DNA of 64,000 bases from the NCBI GenBank assembly GCA_951406725.2, contig OX597820.1:31744001-31808000 (forward strand), written 5' to 3'. Below the pieces are notes generated by a model. That model was not told where the DNA came from and ran no database searches. It saw only the letters and a list, made by a program, of their open reading frames with translations. Source of the stretch: Octopus vulgaris (lineage: Eukaryota). The position numbers and the translations under genes are program-made. Positions 12,915 through 28,252 of the stretch are shown in pieces (the stretch's first letter is position 1; every line of letters begins with the position of its first letter).

Positions 12915-13306
12915 TCTTTCACTTGTTTCAGTCATTTGACTGCGGCCATGCTGGAGTACCGCCTTTAATCGAGCAAATCGACCCCAGGACTTATTCTTTC
13001 TAAGCCTAGTACTTATTCTACCGGTCTCTTTTGTCGAACTGCTAAGTTATGGGGATGTAAACACACCAGCATCGGTTGTCAAGCGATGTTGGGGAGACAA
13101 ACACAGACACACAAACGTATACACACACATACATATATACATATATACGACGGGCTTCTTTCAGTTTCCGTCTACCAAATCTACTCAGAAGGCTTTGGTC
13201 GGCCCGAGGCTATAGTAGAAGACACTTTGCCCAAGGTGTCCCGCAGTGGGACTGAACCCGGAACCATGTGGTCTGTAAGCAAGCTACTTACCACACAGCC
13301 ACTCCT
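12915..13306 (-). mobile_element. SINE family S1, full length
   Basis: tRNA-like head ggagtggctgtgtggtaag...gggttcagtccc, CORE-like accttgggcaa, internal microsatellite and conserved tail. Confidence 0.9.
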
Positions 13307-13313
13307 ACATCAT

Positions 13314-13355
<42 letters not shown>

Positions 13356-13790
13356 GAAAACTGCTCCAACAACAACAACAACAACAACAACAGCAGCAGC
13401 AGCAGCAGCAGTAGCAGCAACAACAACATGAAGTGAATTGGTAACGTGTTACAACGTCGGCATTTGTGCCGACTCTCTGAATTCTGCGGTCAAATTCCGC
13501 TAAGGTCAACTTTGCCTTTCATTTTTTCGGGGTCGATAAAATACAGTATCGATCCCAGGCGGTGGACTGGCAAAACAGTGAGAACGTTTGGTTGAATGCG
13601 TTGTGGTATTTGTTCCGTCTCTTTGCATTCTGAGTTCAATTCCTGTAACAGCCTACTCAGGTGGCAGATTTAATACATCGCCCGGTTTCACACCACCACC
13701 CGGCACCATGAAGCAGAGTTCATTCGGGCCAGGTCTCTAGTTTGAGGATGCAGAATGGAGACCTGGCCTCCCTCTCACCTGCCTCGGATG

Positions 13791-14328
13791 CAGAGTTGGA
13801 TTAAGAGCCATAGAGGACCTAAGTGCGTAAAAGATTTTGGTGCCAAACAATAATAAATCATAAAATAAATTTTAAGTTTTCAAAATGAAACAAAACTAAC
13901 AATCAGATTGAAAATAATGTTTAATTTTGTAAACTTCGGCTTTATATATATCCGAAAAGTTTCCTGTTGTTTTTTTTTAATTGCGAAGTCTTTAATCAGA
14001 TCCGTAAAATTAATCTTACGTAACAAATCTGTTTCTATGCTTAGCAGATATAAGGAATCCGGTCTGCCTTGTGTTCTTGTTCTGATGCAATTATTAATAT
14101 ACTTCAACGGAGAAAATGAACGTTCATCTCAACAATATGTGGCCACTAATGTTAAAAATATACGAAAGGTAATGTCTACATTTGGAAAGGCACAATCAAT
14201 AATGTTTATTTAACAAGATTAAAGTGTTTTCTTTTGTGCCGTAAACCTTTGACTATTTCTGTGGTGCCCGTCCTTCCCTTGATGCCCTGAGCAAGTTCTT
14301 ATTTTACTTAATGGTTAATCCAGCGCTG
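13791..14328 (-). mobile_element. Non-autonomous hAT transposon retaining the dimerisation-domain coding remnant
   Basis: TIRs cagagttggattaa / ttaatccagcgctg. Minus strand reads FPNVDITFRIFLTLVAT..ERSFSPLKYINN...LLSIETDLLRKINFTDLIKDFA. Confidence 0.8.
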
Positions 14329-14410
14329 CTTAGAGGCTATGCAACGGGTCAAGGGCATTGAGTTTTATTCTGAATAAAAGACAAACAACAACAGCAACAA
14401 CAACAACAAC

Positions 14411-14963
14411 GGTGGAGGCGCAATGGCCCAGTGGTTAGGGCAGCGGACTCGCGGTCGTAAGAACGCGGTTTCGATTTCCAGACTGGGCATTGTGAGTGTT
14501 TATTTAGCAAAAACACCTAAGCTCCACGAGGTTCCGGCGGGGACGGGGTGAACCCCGCTGTACTCTTTCACCACAACTTTCTCTCACTCTTTCTTCCTAC
14601 TTCTGCCATAAAGCAGAGGAACCATGGTGTAACCCACTACGGTGTGGTAAACTTTCAGACCCTAGTCTAGGTTGCGAATCCTCTGTACCCCAGGATGGTT
14701 CAGCTCCCCATCCGTTAAAAAGTCATCGTTTACGGAATGAGGATAACAACGTAGCTTTCGCGCCCGTGCAACCGCCAGTCTATCGCGTGTGGTGGGTGGA
14801 TCTTCAAGTTGCTACACGCATTCTTAGTAGCTTAGAGTAGGCTCGAATTAGAGATTATTCTTTGTGGCTAGAGGCGTGAGTCCTGGTTGGAAGAAGAAGA
14901 AGAAGAAGAAGAAGAAGAAGAAGAAGAAGAAGAAGAAGAAGAAGAAGAAGAAGAAGAAGAAGA
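14411..14963 (+). mobile_element. SINE family S3, tail type 2 (RTE-like body, (GAA)n tail)
   Basis: tRNA head ggtggaggcgcaatggcccagtggttagggcagcggactcgcgg. The body is nearly identical to 29572-30060. Set in a (CAA)n context. Confidence 0.85.
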
Positions 14964-15008
14964 AAAAGAAAAAGACGACGACAACAACGACAACAACAAC
15001 AGTAACAG

Positions 15009-15049
<41 letters not shown>

Positions 15050-16351
15050 CGGAAACAGCTGCAGCAACAACGATCACAATAATACACAGAGCACTCTACG
15101 CCTCCATATATCCGTTTCTCAATTGCGCCGCTTTTATTCTTTATCAACATGTCAGCCTTGAACCGGCTCATGCTGGTTTTTTACGAGCCAGCAAAGGAGA
15201 CACCATATAGTCGCTTGAACTACTAGACATTCTAAATAGGATCTCGTTCGATTTCGACGATGAGTATTCGGTCGTTCGAGTAATTGAACTAGCTACTCAG
15301 TAAATTAGCGAATTAGTGGCTGAGTATTCCAGAGAGATGTAAAATATTTCTTAGAATCTTTGCGCTCTGAGTTCTGATCTCACTGATGTTACCTTTGACT
15401 TCTATCCTTTCGGAGTCGACAAAAGTGTTTCAATAAGAAGTGTTGGATGCCGTCGCCCGGTTTAACATCACGATCTGGCATCTTGGATGCCTTTAGAGGA
15501 GTCCACTCAGTTGCAAGCTTTCAAACCAGGTTTCTGGCTTGCGGCTATCTTTCGCCCACATTTTTGCACCCCCTGAATAGGAGGGATATGTCTGGAGAGA
15601 GGGGTATCACCGTCACCTCCACTGGGAAAATGAATCTGCTCTTTAGGTCAATTTGTGCAATCTGTTCTGAGACTCGATGCAACATAGAAAACACGCATCC
15701 CTAGTGTTGCTTTCCCTTAGGAGTCTTGTCCCCCTCCCTCACAAAACTGACACCCTTGGATTCTTCAGTTCTTCAATGATCCTTTAATGATTGAAAAATC
15801 GTGAAACCTCATCACATTTTGGTAGAAAGTCTATGGATATCTCGGGCACTATAGTTAAGACTTCGTTTTCAATTTATACGTCTTCTAATTTATATATATG
15901 CATACCCTTGACGCAGTTCTCAAGGTGACTTAGCGTGACACAGAGTGAGACAAAGCTGGTCCTTTGAAACACAGGTACTACTCATTTTTGCCAGCTGAGT
16001 GGACTGGAGCAACAGGAAGTAAAGTGTCTTGCTCAAGAGCACAATGCGCCATGCGGAATCAAACTCGCGAACTTACGTTCGTGAACCGAATATGTATACA
16101 CACACATACATACATACATACATACATACATACATACATACATACATACATACATACATGCATGCATACATACATACATACATACACACATACATACATA
16201 CATACATACATACATACATACATACATACATGCATGCATGCATGCATGCATGCATACATACATACATACATACATACACACACACATACATACATACATA
16301 CATACATACATACATGCATGCATACATACATACACACGCACACGCACACGC

Positions 16352-16406
<55 letters not shown>

Positions 16407-16574
16407 CTGGTACTCCGTCGCTTGCGACGACGAGGGTTCCGGTTGATCGGATCAATGGAACATCCTGCTTGTGAAATTTACTTGCAAGTGGCTTGTAAGT
16501 GACTCCACAGACACTTGTATCCTTAACGTAGTTCTCAGGGACATATTGTACCCTGACTTTTTATTATATATATG

Positions 16575-16963
16575 ACTCTTTTACTCTTATTTGTTTCAGT
16601 CATTTGACTGTGGCCAAGCTGGAGCACCGCCTTTAATCGAGCAAATCGACCCCATGACTTATTCTTTGTAAGCCTAGTACTAACTCTATCGGTCTCTTTT
16701 GCCGAACCGCTAAGTTACGGGGACGTAAACACACCCGCATCGGTTTTCAAGCGATGTTGGGTGGACAAACACAGACACACAAACACACACATATATATAT
16801 ATACATACATACGGGCTTCTTTTCAGTTTCCGTCTACCAAATCCACTCACAAGGCTTTAGTCATCCCGAGGCTATAGTTGAAGACACTTTGCCCTAGTTA
16901 TCACTCAGTGGGACTGAATCTGGAACCATGTGGTTGGTAAGCAAGCTACTTGCCACACAGCCA
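16575..16963 (-). mobile_element. SINE family S1
   Basis: Colinear with the copy at 12915-13306. Confidence 0.9.
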
Positions 16964-17048
16964 CAATTTTACTTAAAATACATTTACGGACATTACTCTA
17001 CGCTCACCGTTGTGATTTGTTTTGCGTAACCCTGATCATAATTTAACG

Positions 17049-17389
17049 CAGGGTTTCTCAATCATTCTTTATCTATGGACCCCTTTGATTGTATTTTAGT
17101 GGAACCCCATAACCCTTCGATGTTTAAAACTAGTTTTATAGAAAAAGCTTTCAAAATTCCTATTTTGTTTTTCACGCATTAACTTGCATAGGTTGAACTA
17201 TGTAAAATGTTAGAGAAAGAAACCTATTTCTTGTAATACGTATCAATATATACACCAAAAGCAAGTTTTTTTTTCGGGGATCCTCAAAATACCTTTGTAG
17301 ATTCCCCTCTTTACTATTTTGTTGCGTGTACCCCAAAAATCTTATACGGAGTCTCAGGGGGCCATACGAATCCCAGTTGAGAAACACTG
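17049..17389. mobile_element. hAT (Charlie-like) MITE
   Basis: TIRs cagggtttctcaa / ttgagaaacactg. 8-bp TSD atttaacg / atgtaacg. A related copy lies at 18898-19246. Confidence 0.85.
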
Positions 17390-17591
17390 ATGTAACGCAT
17401 CCTCAGATGTGGCCACGTGTTATTTTGTTGCTCCGTCTACTTATTCGTAATGAAATTTAGAAACAGAATTTTATTAAAAAAATTCAAATTTCATATAAGC
17501 AGTTCATTCTCGACTTTAAACAGTTATGACAATTCCAAAAATATGAAATAAAATAATGTCTGTTTTTAAACACTAAATAGTATTATATAGT

Positions 17592-18004
17592 CTTATTTCT
17601 TTATTGCTGACATAGAGGGGACAAACAAGGACAGAGAAAGGTATTAAGTCGATTACATCGACCCCAGTGCGTAACTGGTACTTCATATAAGCAGTTCATT
17701 CTCGACTTTAAACAGTTATAACAATTCCAAAAATATGAAATAAAATAATGTCTGTTTTTAAACTCTAAATAGTCTTATATAGTCTTATTTCTTTATTGCT
17801 CACACAGAGGGGACAAACAAGGACAGAGAAAGGTATTAAGTCGATTACATCGACCCAGTGCGTAACTGGTACTTAAGTTATCGACCCCGAAAGGATGAAA
17901 GGCAAAGTCGACCTCGGCGGAATTTGAACTCAGAACGTAGCGACGGGCTGAATATCGCTCAGCATTTAGCACGGCGTGCTAACGTTTCTGTCAGCTCATC
18001 GCCT
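17592..18004 (-). mobile_element. SINE family S2 with local tandem duplication of tail plus flank
   Basis: S2 body with TSD atagtcttatatagtc. A unit of about 192 bp is repeated at 17490-17683 and 17682-17873. Confidence 0.8.
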
Positions 18005-18786
18005 TTATAGTCTTATATAGTCGTGATATTAGAATTACACTATTTATCTTATGTTAGAGCGTATCTTTGTGGTTAGGCTATTCAGTTCACGATCTTTAAG
18101 GTTATAAGTTCGATTAGTTACAAAGCAGGGCGTTGTGCTTTTTCTTTCTGTCTGTCTGTCTCTATCTCTGTCTTTAGCTTCTAAACGATAAACATTGTCG
18201 TGAGTCAGAGGTGAGAAGGCCGAGAGGCCGCCCACCCCCTCTCTCGACCATATAAACACCTTAAACATTCAGTGAAATCTTAGTGCATATTGCCAATCCC
18301 TAATAATAGCTCGTGAGTGACGATTTGCAATATTGCACTTTCTGTATATATTTGATTTTATTATATGCACTCTAAGTGCTGTAGGTTTTCTAGTTCTGAA
18401 TACAAAACAACACTTATTACTCGCTTAAAATTTTCACGCCTCACTTGGCATTAAGTTGTAAATAAAATATAAAATATAGTTTCTATTTCGTTTGTCCTTG
18501 AGGCAATGAGTTTACGTAAAAATAGGAAAAAATAAATTCCTATAAGCCTTCAAACGAAAATCCATAAATTAAATTATATACAAAACCTTGTTTACGCGAC
18601 AAACTGAATCATAAATAAACGCAAAACATTACTAACACAAAGTAAGATTAGCAGTAACTTTCCAGCGAGTGTTTCTTGGTTGCTTGTACCATGCTCTCAC
18701 TAACTGTTTCAGATGACCGTGTAGTCGCGAAAAGATCGATACTCTGTTGGCTCTCTCACCTTTGATCAAGCCGAGCCCCTGAGACA

Positions 18787-20118
18787 CAGGGTGTTTGGGC
18801 TAAATTTGACGGTTTACATAAATGGAAAATAAAAATTCAACATCCCATCCCAAAATAAAAGTATTTTAAAAAAATCAAAAATTATTATCAACTAGATCAG
18901 GGGTTCTCAGCCATTTTCTTAATTTATGGATCCCTCTGATTACTATTTTATTCTAGCAGGCCCCCATAACCATTCGATGTTTAAAAAGTAGTTTTATAGG
19001 AAGTTCTTTCAAAATTCCCATTCTGCTTTTCACACATTAGTTTGTGTAGGTTGAACTATGTAAAATTCAAGAAAGATACCAAGCTCTTTCTTCCAATACA
19101 TACCAATACATACATCTAAAGCAAAATTTTTTAGGGGCTCTTAAAATACTGTTCAGAATTCCCAATTTACTATTTTGTTATATGAACCCTCCCCCTAATC
19201 TTATATGGGTCTTAGGGGCCATTTGGACCCAGGTTGAGAACCACTGGCTGGGAATTAGCAGTTTTCTCAATATAGTCGTTCTCAGCTTTCCCCACGGCCC
19301 CAAGACGGCTCCAGAGCTTAGCACATGAGTTCCTCATTGTGTCTTTGATGTCTTTATCAACCGCACCCCACCCATGGTAATCCGTGGGATTACAATCGGG
19401 GTAATTAGGAAACCAGAAATCGGGGCTGGTGGAGTTGTAAAAATTCCTCGGCAACCACTTCTGGTTCGTTCCAGAGGTATAGCAAGGAGCTGAAATCCTG
19501 CCGCCATACATACGGCCTTCCAGTAGCAACGCTCACAACCAAGGAGTGACCACAGCCTTCATCAGCTTCACAGCGTCGTTTGAATGGAGACTAAGGACCT
19601 GTTTAAAGACGTGGGGATGAACTCCAGCATGTCGATGGAGTCGAATTGCCTGCTGTGTCCCTTCCTGCTGGCCACGGCTTCGAAGTGTTTGTTACAACTG
19701 TCCATGTCACGTCTTGTAGCCTTTACAGTGTTCACAAAGCATCGAGTAGCAGTCATGACGTCAACATTTTGATACCCAGCGCCAATCACCAGGATAAGGT
19801 ATAACTCTTTTCAGGTGGCTTCCAGTCCTCCATGTCAGCTAACTCTTTATGCTCTCCAACGCCATCGAATGTTCAACAATATATCAAACTGTTTCCAAAA
19901 AATGGAAACATAAAAAAATCGTCAAATTTTCATACCTGGTACCAATCATCAGAACACATGTATAATTATTTTCATGTGGCTTCCAGTCCTCCATGTCAGC
20001 TAACTTTTAATGCTCTCCCTTTTGCTCTCCAATGCTGTCGAATGTTCAACAATATATCAAGCTGTTTCTGAAAAAAAAAAGAGACATAAAAATCGTCAAA
20101 TTTAGCCCGAACACCCTA
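18787..20118 (-). mobile_element. Decayed Tc1/mariner (maT-like) transposon with nested hAT MITE
   Basis: TIRs cagggtgtttgggctaaatttgacg / cgtcaaatttagcccgaacacccta followed by TA. Transposase remnant APCYTS..QKWL..NF...FWFPNYPDCNPTDYHGWGAV. A subterminal segment is duplicated at 19815-19930 and 19975-20103. Confidence 0.85.
18898..19246. mobile_element. hAT MITE (same family as 17049-17389), nested in the mariner
   Basis: TIRs caggggttctca / tgagaaccactg and a colinear interior. Confidence 0.8.
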
Positions 20119-20529
20119 TATGGAAGAAGAAGTTTCTTATATGGAAGCTGGAAGAAGAAAGAACTATATCTGTACTAAGGTGGTACTCATTTTCAGCTGA
20201 GTCAATAAGAGAAACCTGAATGTGTATTCCTTGTTAAATGATGCAATGTGCTTCCCGGTCCAGGAATCGAAACCACAACCTTATGGTTGTGATCCCCAAA
20301 CCCCAACCACTAAGCCACGCACCTTCACAAAGTAACCGAGAAGATTAGAATACAATTAACTGGGCCTCTTAGAGAAGTAACTCTCACGTAGCTTGCGTTA
20401 TTCTAAACGTTTTCTTTTTATTTCCTACCCCCACTGGGGAAGCCGCCTACCCTTCTTTTCAGGATTCCTGGCGGAGGGTCATTCATTTACCTTCGACTAG
20501 CACGTAAAAGGTTGTTGTTAATGTCATTT

Positions 20530-20560
<31 letters not shown>

Positions 20561-20936
20561 ATAACCCCATCTCACCTAAACCGGCCTTGGTTGAGCGCAT
20601 CTTGTTGAGCGAATCCATTCTTATCATAGCCACACCATTGGACCCTATAGAAGGAACCGTGAGTTTCAGCCAATACATCAGTCTGAGGCTTGGAGAGCTA
20701 AGGAGAGACCCAACCTGGATCCCTCTTAAAAAGAGAATCTCTTCACAACCCTCTTGAAATTTTTAGAGGAACCCCTATTTCAGGCGCCAAAACCAACCTG
20801 GGTTTTGCCTTCTCAAGTTTCTTTCGGAAGTCCTTCATATCGTTTATGTTTCTGGTATAGTGTATCAAGGACTACATTAGCTTAAATGTCCGGTTTTTAA
20901 ATGATAAAATGTTATCTGAGGAAGATTTGACGGCTT

Positions 20937-21357
20937 TTTCTTATTTCTTTATTGCCCACAAGTGGCTAAACATAGAGGAGGCAAACAAGGACAGACAAAG
21001 GGATTAAATTGATTATATCGACCCCAGTGCGTAACTGGTACTTAATTTATCGACCCCGAAAGTATGAAAGGCAAAGTCGACATTGGTGGAATTTGAACTC
21101 AGAACATAAAGACAGATGAAATACCTGTTTCTTTATTACACACAAGTGGCTAAACATAGAGGGGACAAACAAGGACAGACAAACGGATTTAGTCGATTAC
21201 AACGACCCCAGTGCGTAACTGGTACTTAATTTATCGACCCCGAACTGATGAAAAGGAAAGTCGACCTCGGCAGAATTTGAACTCAGAACGTAACTGCAGA
21301 CGAAATACGGGTACGCATTTCGCCCGGCGTGCTAACGATTCTGCCAGCTCGCCGCCT
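20937..21357 (-). mobile_element. Dimeric SINE family S2
   Basis: Two tandem body+tail units behind one tRNA head. Degenerate TSD tttgacggctttttct / tttggcagctatttct. Confidence 0.85.
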
Positions 21358-22071
21358 TTGGCAGCTATTTCTAGTTGATCAAACAATTACATACAGTCCT
21401 CCTACCTTTAACAGTTGGAAACCTACATGTCATCTAATTTTCGAGAACAGCTTTAAATGACAAAATTTGAAGAAGATTTGTTTGCTATTTCTAGCTAACC
21501 GAAAAACTACTTTTAGTCTTAAAAAGTCCTTCATTCCATTTCTGGCATATCAAGAATTACATCATATTATGTACCTTTACGTTTTTATTTAAATGATGAA
21601 ATGGGATTTTAGAAACATTACGCTGCTATTTCTAGCTAACCGAAAAGCCATCACTCTTAGTCGTTAGAAGCCCTGCATGCCATCTATGATATATCAAAGA
21701 CTACATCATATTATGTATCTTTGCGTTTCTATTAAAATGATAAAATCTGATTTGAGGAAGATTTGCTTACAATTTCTTGAAGACCAGACGACCACGTATA
21801 GACTTGGTGCTCCCGTGCCTGCCGCTGGTTTCAAGTATTGTGTAGGTTTTTTCCCTATTGTGTAAATCAAACCTTTACTTATCTCTCAACATCCGAGTTG
21901 ATTAATTATCTTTTACGAACAGCTATCGTATATCACCGGAAATAGTCTGTTAGCTAGCGGTGTTTGACCGCCAGATATTGTGTTAGAAGAACAAAAGGGG
22001 GGATAACGTGTTTAGCGGGGAGAGTGCTTGTGTGTATGTTTATGTATGTGTATATGTATATGTATGCGTGC

Positions 22072-22130
<59 letters not shown>

Positions 22131-22159
22131 TGTGTGTATGCGTGTGTGTGTGTGTACAC

Positions 22160-23700
22160 ATCCGCCCGATAAGCTGGGTTGCTGTGACGAGCCTACGAAT
22201 CTTTAAACTGCATGGGGCCCGAATCAAATTGTTTTAAATTGAAACATAACTCTTACTAAATGTGGTGTTGGGTGCTTCTTTCGTTCGTTTGTAGCCCGCG
22301 TTCATAACCACTACTTCATATGCCCGTGGGTAATTATGGAGTGAATTTTAGGGCTTATAAATTTAATATTTTCCCATCCTTCCTCAATACCGGTTCCCAT
22401 ATGCTGTTCATAACTGCACTCGGTCTGCTTAGGAGGTTGTTGTGTCCTAGCATATGTGCTGCTTCTTTTAGTTTTCGTATTTTCCAGTGGTGTTATCTCT
22501 CTATTATTTTAACTTCATCCCACAGGGGGAAATGGTCTCCATTTTCCCACACATGATCAGCTATACTCGATTTATCAATATCTCCCGTGTCACAGCTTTG
22601 CGATGTTCCTCTACTCTTATTTTAAAGGGGCGGCAAACTTTCGTCTTTGTATAACCTATCACAGCTGCATGGGATGGAGTACACGCAGTTCTTGGCCATA
22701 TTCTCTTCTATTGGTCGTTTTACTCGAAGGAGATATTTGCGAAGTGTTGTATTACTTTTGAATACTGTCCTTATATCATATGGACCGCATATCTTTTGTA
22801 TCTTTTCGGAGAAGCCTTTGACATAGGGGAGACAGACTGTGGACAGTTTATTGATTTCGTTCTCTCTTTTCTTCATAATTGGAGTGGATAGTATGTTTTT
22901 GGGGGTAGTTGTTGCTTAATAGATTGTTATTAAGCTTGATAATTTCTTCGTGGTGGGTATCACAATCGCTACTTATATTCTTTGCTCGATGTTTTAGGCA
23001 CTGAACAATCCCTCTCTTTACACTGTATGGATGGTGGGAATAGAAGTTGAGGTATTGTCCAGTGAAAGTCGGCTTGCGGTATACGGATGTCCTGAATCCA
23101 TACTTGGTGCATGTTATTAATATGTCCAGGAATGCTAGCTGATTGTCTTTTCCCTTTTCCATTGTGAACTGTACGGATGGCTTTATTGAGTTCACATGAT
23201 CTAACAGCACTTGGACATCTTCCTGGTCGGACCAGAGCATAAAGGTGTCATCAACATATCGCAGCTATAGGGTTGTTTTAGTAGTGTTGATCCTAAAGCC
23301 AAATTCTCAAAGTATTCCATGTATATATTGGCTATTATTGGTGATAATGGCAAACCCATAGCTAAACCCTTTTCTTGTCGATATATATATCTGTGTCCAT
23401 ACTGAAGTAGTTAGTTTCTACACAGAATGTCAACACTTTCATCAAATTTCTTATTGGTGTACTAGTGCGTTCTTTTAGATGGGTGTCTGTAACTAGTTTT
23501 TCTTGTATCACCGATAGTGCTTCACCGGTTGGGACTTTGGTGAACAGACTTATCACATCTAGACTCACCATCTGGTTGGATTCTATGGGAGTATCCTTGA
23601 TCAATTCTATGAAGTGGGTGGAATTCTTCACGTACGATGTTGACTTTCCTGCTAATGAACTGACTATATCCACAAGGAAGCGGTTCAGTGGTTGACATGC
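22160..23700 (-). mobile_element. Penelope/Poseidon-clade PLE, 5'-truncated and frameshifted (RT + GIY-YIG)
   Basis: MVSLDVISLFTKVP; GLAMGLPLSPIIANIYME; RYVDDTF; FLDILI..VYRKPTFTGQYLNFYSHHP; NCVYSIPCSCDRLYKDE; KSSIADHVW...RKLKEA. Confidence 0.92.
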
Positions 23701-23734
23701 TGGGCAAGATTCCGAGTTCGATTCTAGGCAGTGA

Positions 23735-23860
<126 letters not shown>

Positions 23861-24641
23861 GAAGAAGGCGAAGAATGAAAGGTTGCGCAAATCTTGACTA
23901 AAGTCTTTAAAGATGATGCCCAGAATGGCCGAAGTCAATTGGCTAAAACCAGAAAAAGAGTAAAAAAAAAGGCACATCAACCAATCAGAATAAATGGAAA
24001 GCGCTTTCATATGTGAGTATATACGGTCTGCAAATTTACAGAATCAATTGGAGGAGTTTTGGGTGACAAAGCCCACATAATGATTTCAGGGAGATTTAGC
24101 TGCTATTTCTAGCCACGGAGTGATCACCGGAGCTTTTCTCCCCCTCACCTTCCAATTAATTTGAATTATAAGTTTTATTGACGGATCGATTAATTCATTG
24201 TTTGATTTAGTAATTCGGCACAGACCCATGGTGGTAGCGGTGGTGGTGATGCTGCTGCTGATGGGGTTATAGTCGTTTAAATAACGACCTGGTATTTAAT
24301 TATTGAACAACCGAAGAGCGATAGCGAATTCTATTACTCATACAGGCCATGGTGGGGTTTGAACTCGGATCGGCTTTCATAGCCGTTTCCGTGTACATGC
24401 TCACTATTTCCTATGTTCCTCTATTCTTCGGCCTCGGAGCCGATTGGTGGGAAATCGTGACAGGACAATCCTTCCAAACAAAACAATTTATACGCTTTCC
24501 TCTTCACACGTGCATATAAACAGTTTGTGTGACATCATAGAGTGTAATTAGTACAGCGATATTAATTAATTGGAGGGGAAGAAGACATAACTTTGCAGCA
24601 ATAAAAACTAAAAATAGAATAACAGAGAACTAAATGGAAAT

Positions 24642-24703
<62 letters not shown>

Positions 24704-24812
24704 CACAGACACACACATATAATGAATACAGAAGTCAATATACTAGTGATATAACTTAATGGCTCGATCAAAGATTTATTTTCAAAAAAAAAAAAAAAAT
24801 AATAATAATAAT

Positions 24813-24997
24813 TGAAATAGAATGGCCGGTAGAGCTCCTACAGAAAGTTTGTCTCATAGGGACAACAAGGATTATCAAGAGGGTTCTAAGCACTTGAAAG
24901 ACTGCTGAAAACTTGCGGAAACCCAAGATTACAGGTACTAACCTACCTGCTACCTATATGATCCATATCAGGTATAAGACCGAACCTGGGCCAAACC

Positions 24998-24998
<1 letters not shown>
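24813..24998 (+). mobile_element. R4/Dong LINE 3' stub, family F, in (TAA)n
   Basis: VELLQKVCLIGTTRIIKRVLST*, then a 3' UTR and (TAA)n tail. A diverged second copy lies at 30110-30283. Confidence 0.8.
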
Positions 24999-25059
<61 letters not shown>

Positions 25060-25304
25060 CTTTTCTACTAAAGGCACAAGGCCTGAAATTTGTGGGGAGG
25101 GGACTAGTCGTGTACATCGATCCCCAGTGTTTCACTGGTACTCATTTTATCGACCCCGAAAGGATGAAAGGTACAGTCAACTTCAGTGAAATTTGAACTT
25201 AGAAGATAAAAACAGACGGAATGCCGCTAAGCAGGGTGTGCTAACGATTCTGCCATCTCACCGCCTTAATAGTAGTAACGATGATAATAATAATATTATA
25301 ATAA

Positions 25305-25590
25305 TAACTGATCCTAAAGTCGAAATTGAATGGACGGAATAAGATCGAAGCTATCAACACCTGGGCGGTTTCACTCTTTAGATATGGAGCAGGAGTACTC
25401 GCATGGACAGTAGACGAACTAAACAGCTTAGACAGAAGGACAAGGAAGTTGCTAACTAGATATGGGTCATTCTGGAACCGCTCGAATACTCCGGAAGGTT
25501 CTCGAACAATAAGAGGTGTTACTTTAGTTCACTGGTAGGGAACAGCTAACACTGTAATACATCTCCAGCGTTAGAAGCTGTGCAAAGGCA
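25305..25590 (+). mobile_element. Internally deleted R4/Dong LINE, family G
   Basis: LKSKLNGRNKIEAINTWAVSLFRYGAG...LDRRTRKLL is joined to GTARILRKVLEQ*, then a 3' UTR and (TAA)n. Confidence 0.85.
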
Positions 25591-25617
25591 ATAATAATAA
25601 TAATAATAATAATAATG

Positions 25618-27851
<2,234 letters not shown>

Positions 27852-27874
27852 TAATAATAATAATGATAATAATA

Positions 27875-28156
27875 CAAGAAGGGAACCGAAAATTATATGA
27901 GAATGATCCCTGGCTTACCATCCTTGCAAGAAGTGCAAAAGATTGTCTTAACTGGTACATCACACGTATTGAGAAGAGCATTGTCGATGTGAGAACTGTT
28001 GCTGCTCATGTATTTTAATATAACTTTAAAAAAAAAAATGAACGAACTATTGAGTTTGGTTTAATGGCCTACCAATGTATACTATGAGTTTCTTTGCCCT
28101 AGGAGTCGGGAAGACACTCGGCAAGAAATGGAAGCAAATTTGAAAGAAGAAAAAAA

Positions 28157-28157
<1 letters not shown>
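27875..28157 (+). mobile_element. R4/Dong LINE 3' stub, sister of family C
   Basis: KKGTENYMRMIPGLPSLQEVQKIVLTGTSHVLRRALSM*. The 3' UTR end is shared with 35900-35960. TAA-bounded. Confidence 0.85.
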
Positions 28158-28242
<85 letters not shown>

Positions 28243-28252
28243 AAGAAGAAGA

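Noticed and set aside
19915-19955. Minus-strand CTGATGA...GAAA inside the mariner end (similar hits near 220, 3680 and 43923)
   Set aside because: Stems I and III cannot form, so these are chance core matches.
21400-21810. Degenerate repeats of about 140 bp containing gctatttctag
   Set aside because: Old tandem fragments of a dispersed repeat with no distinctive structure.
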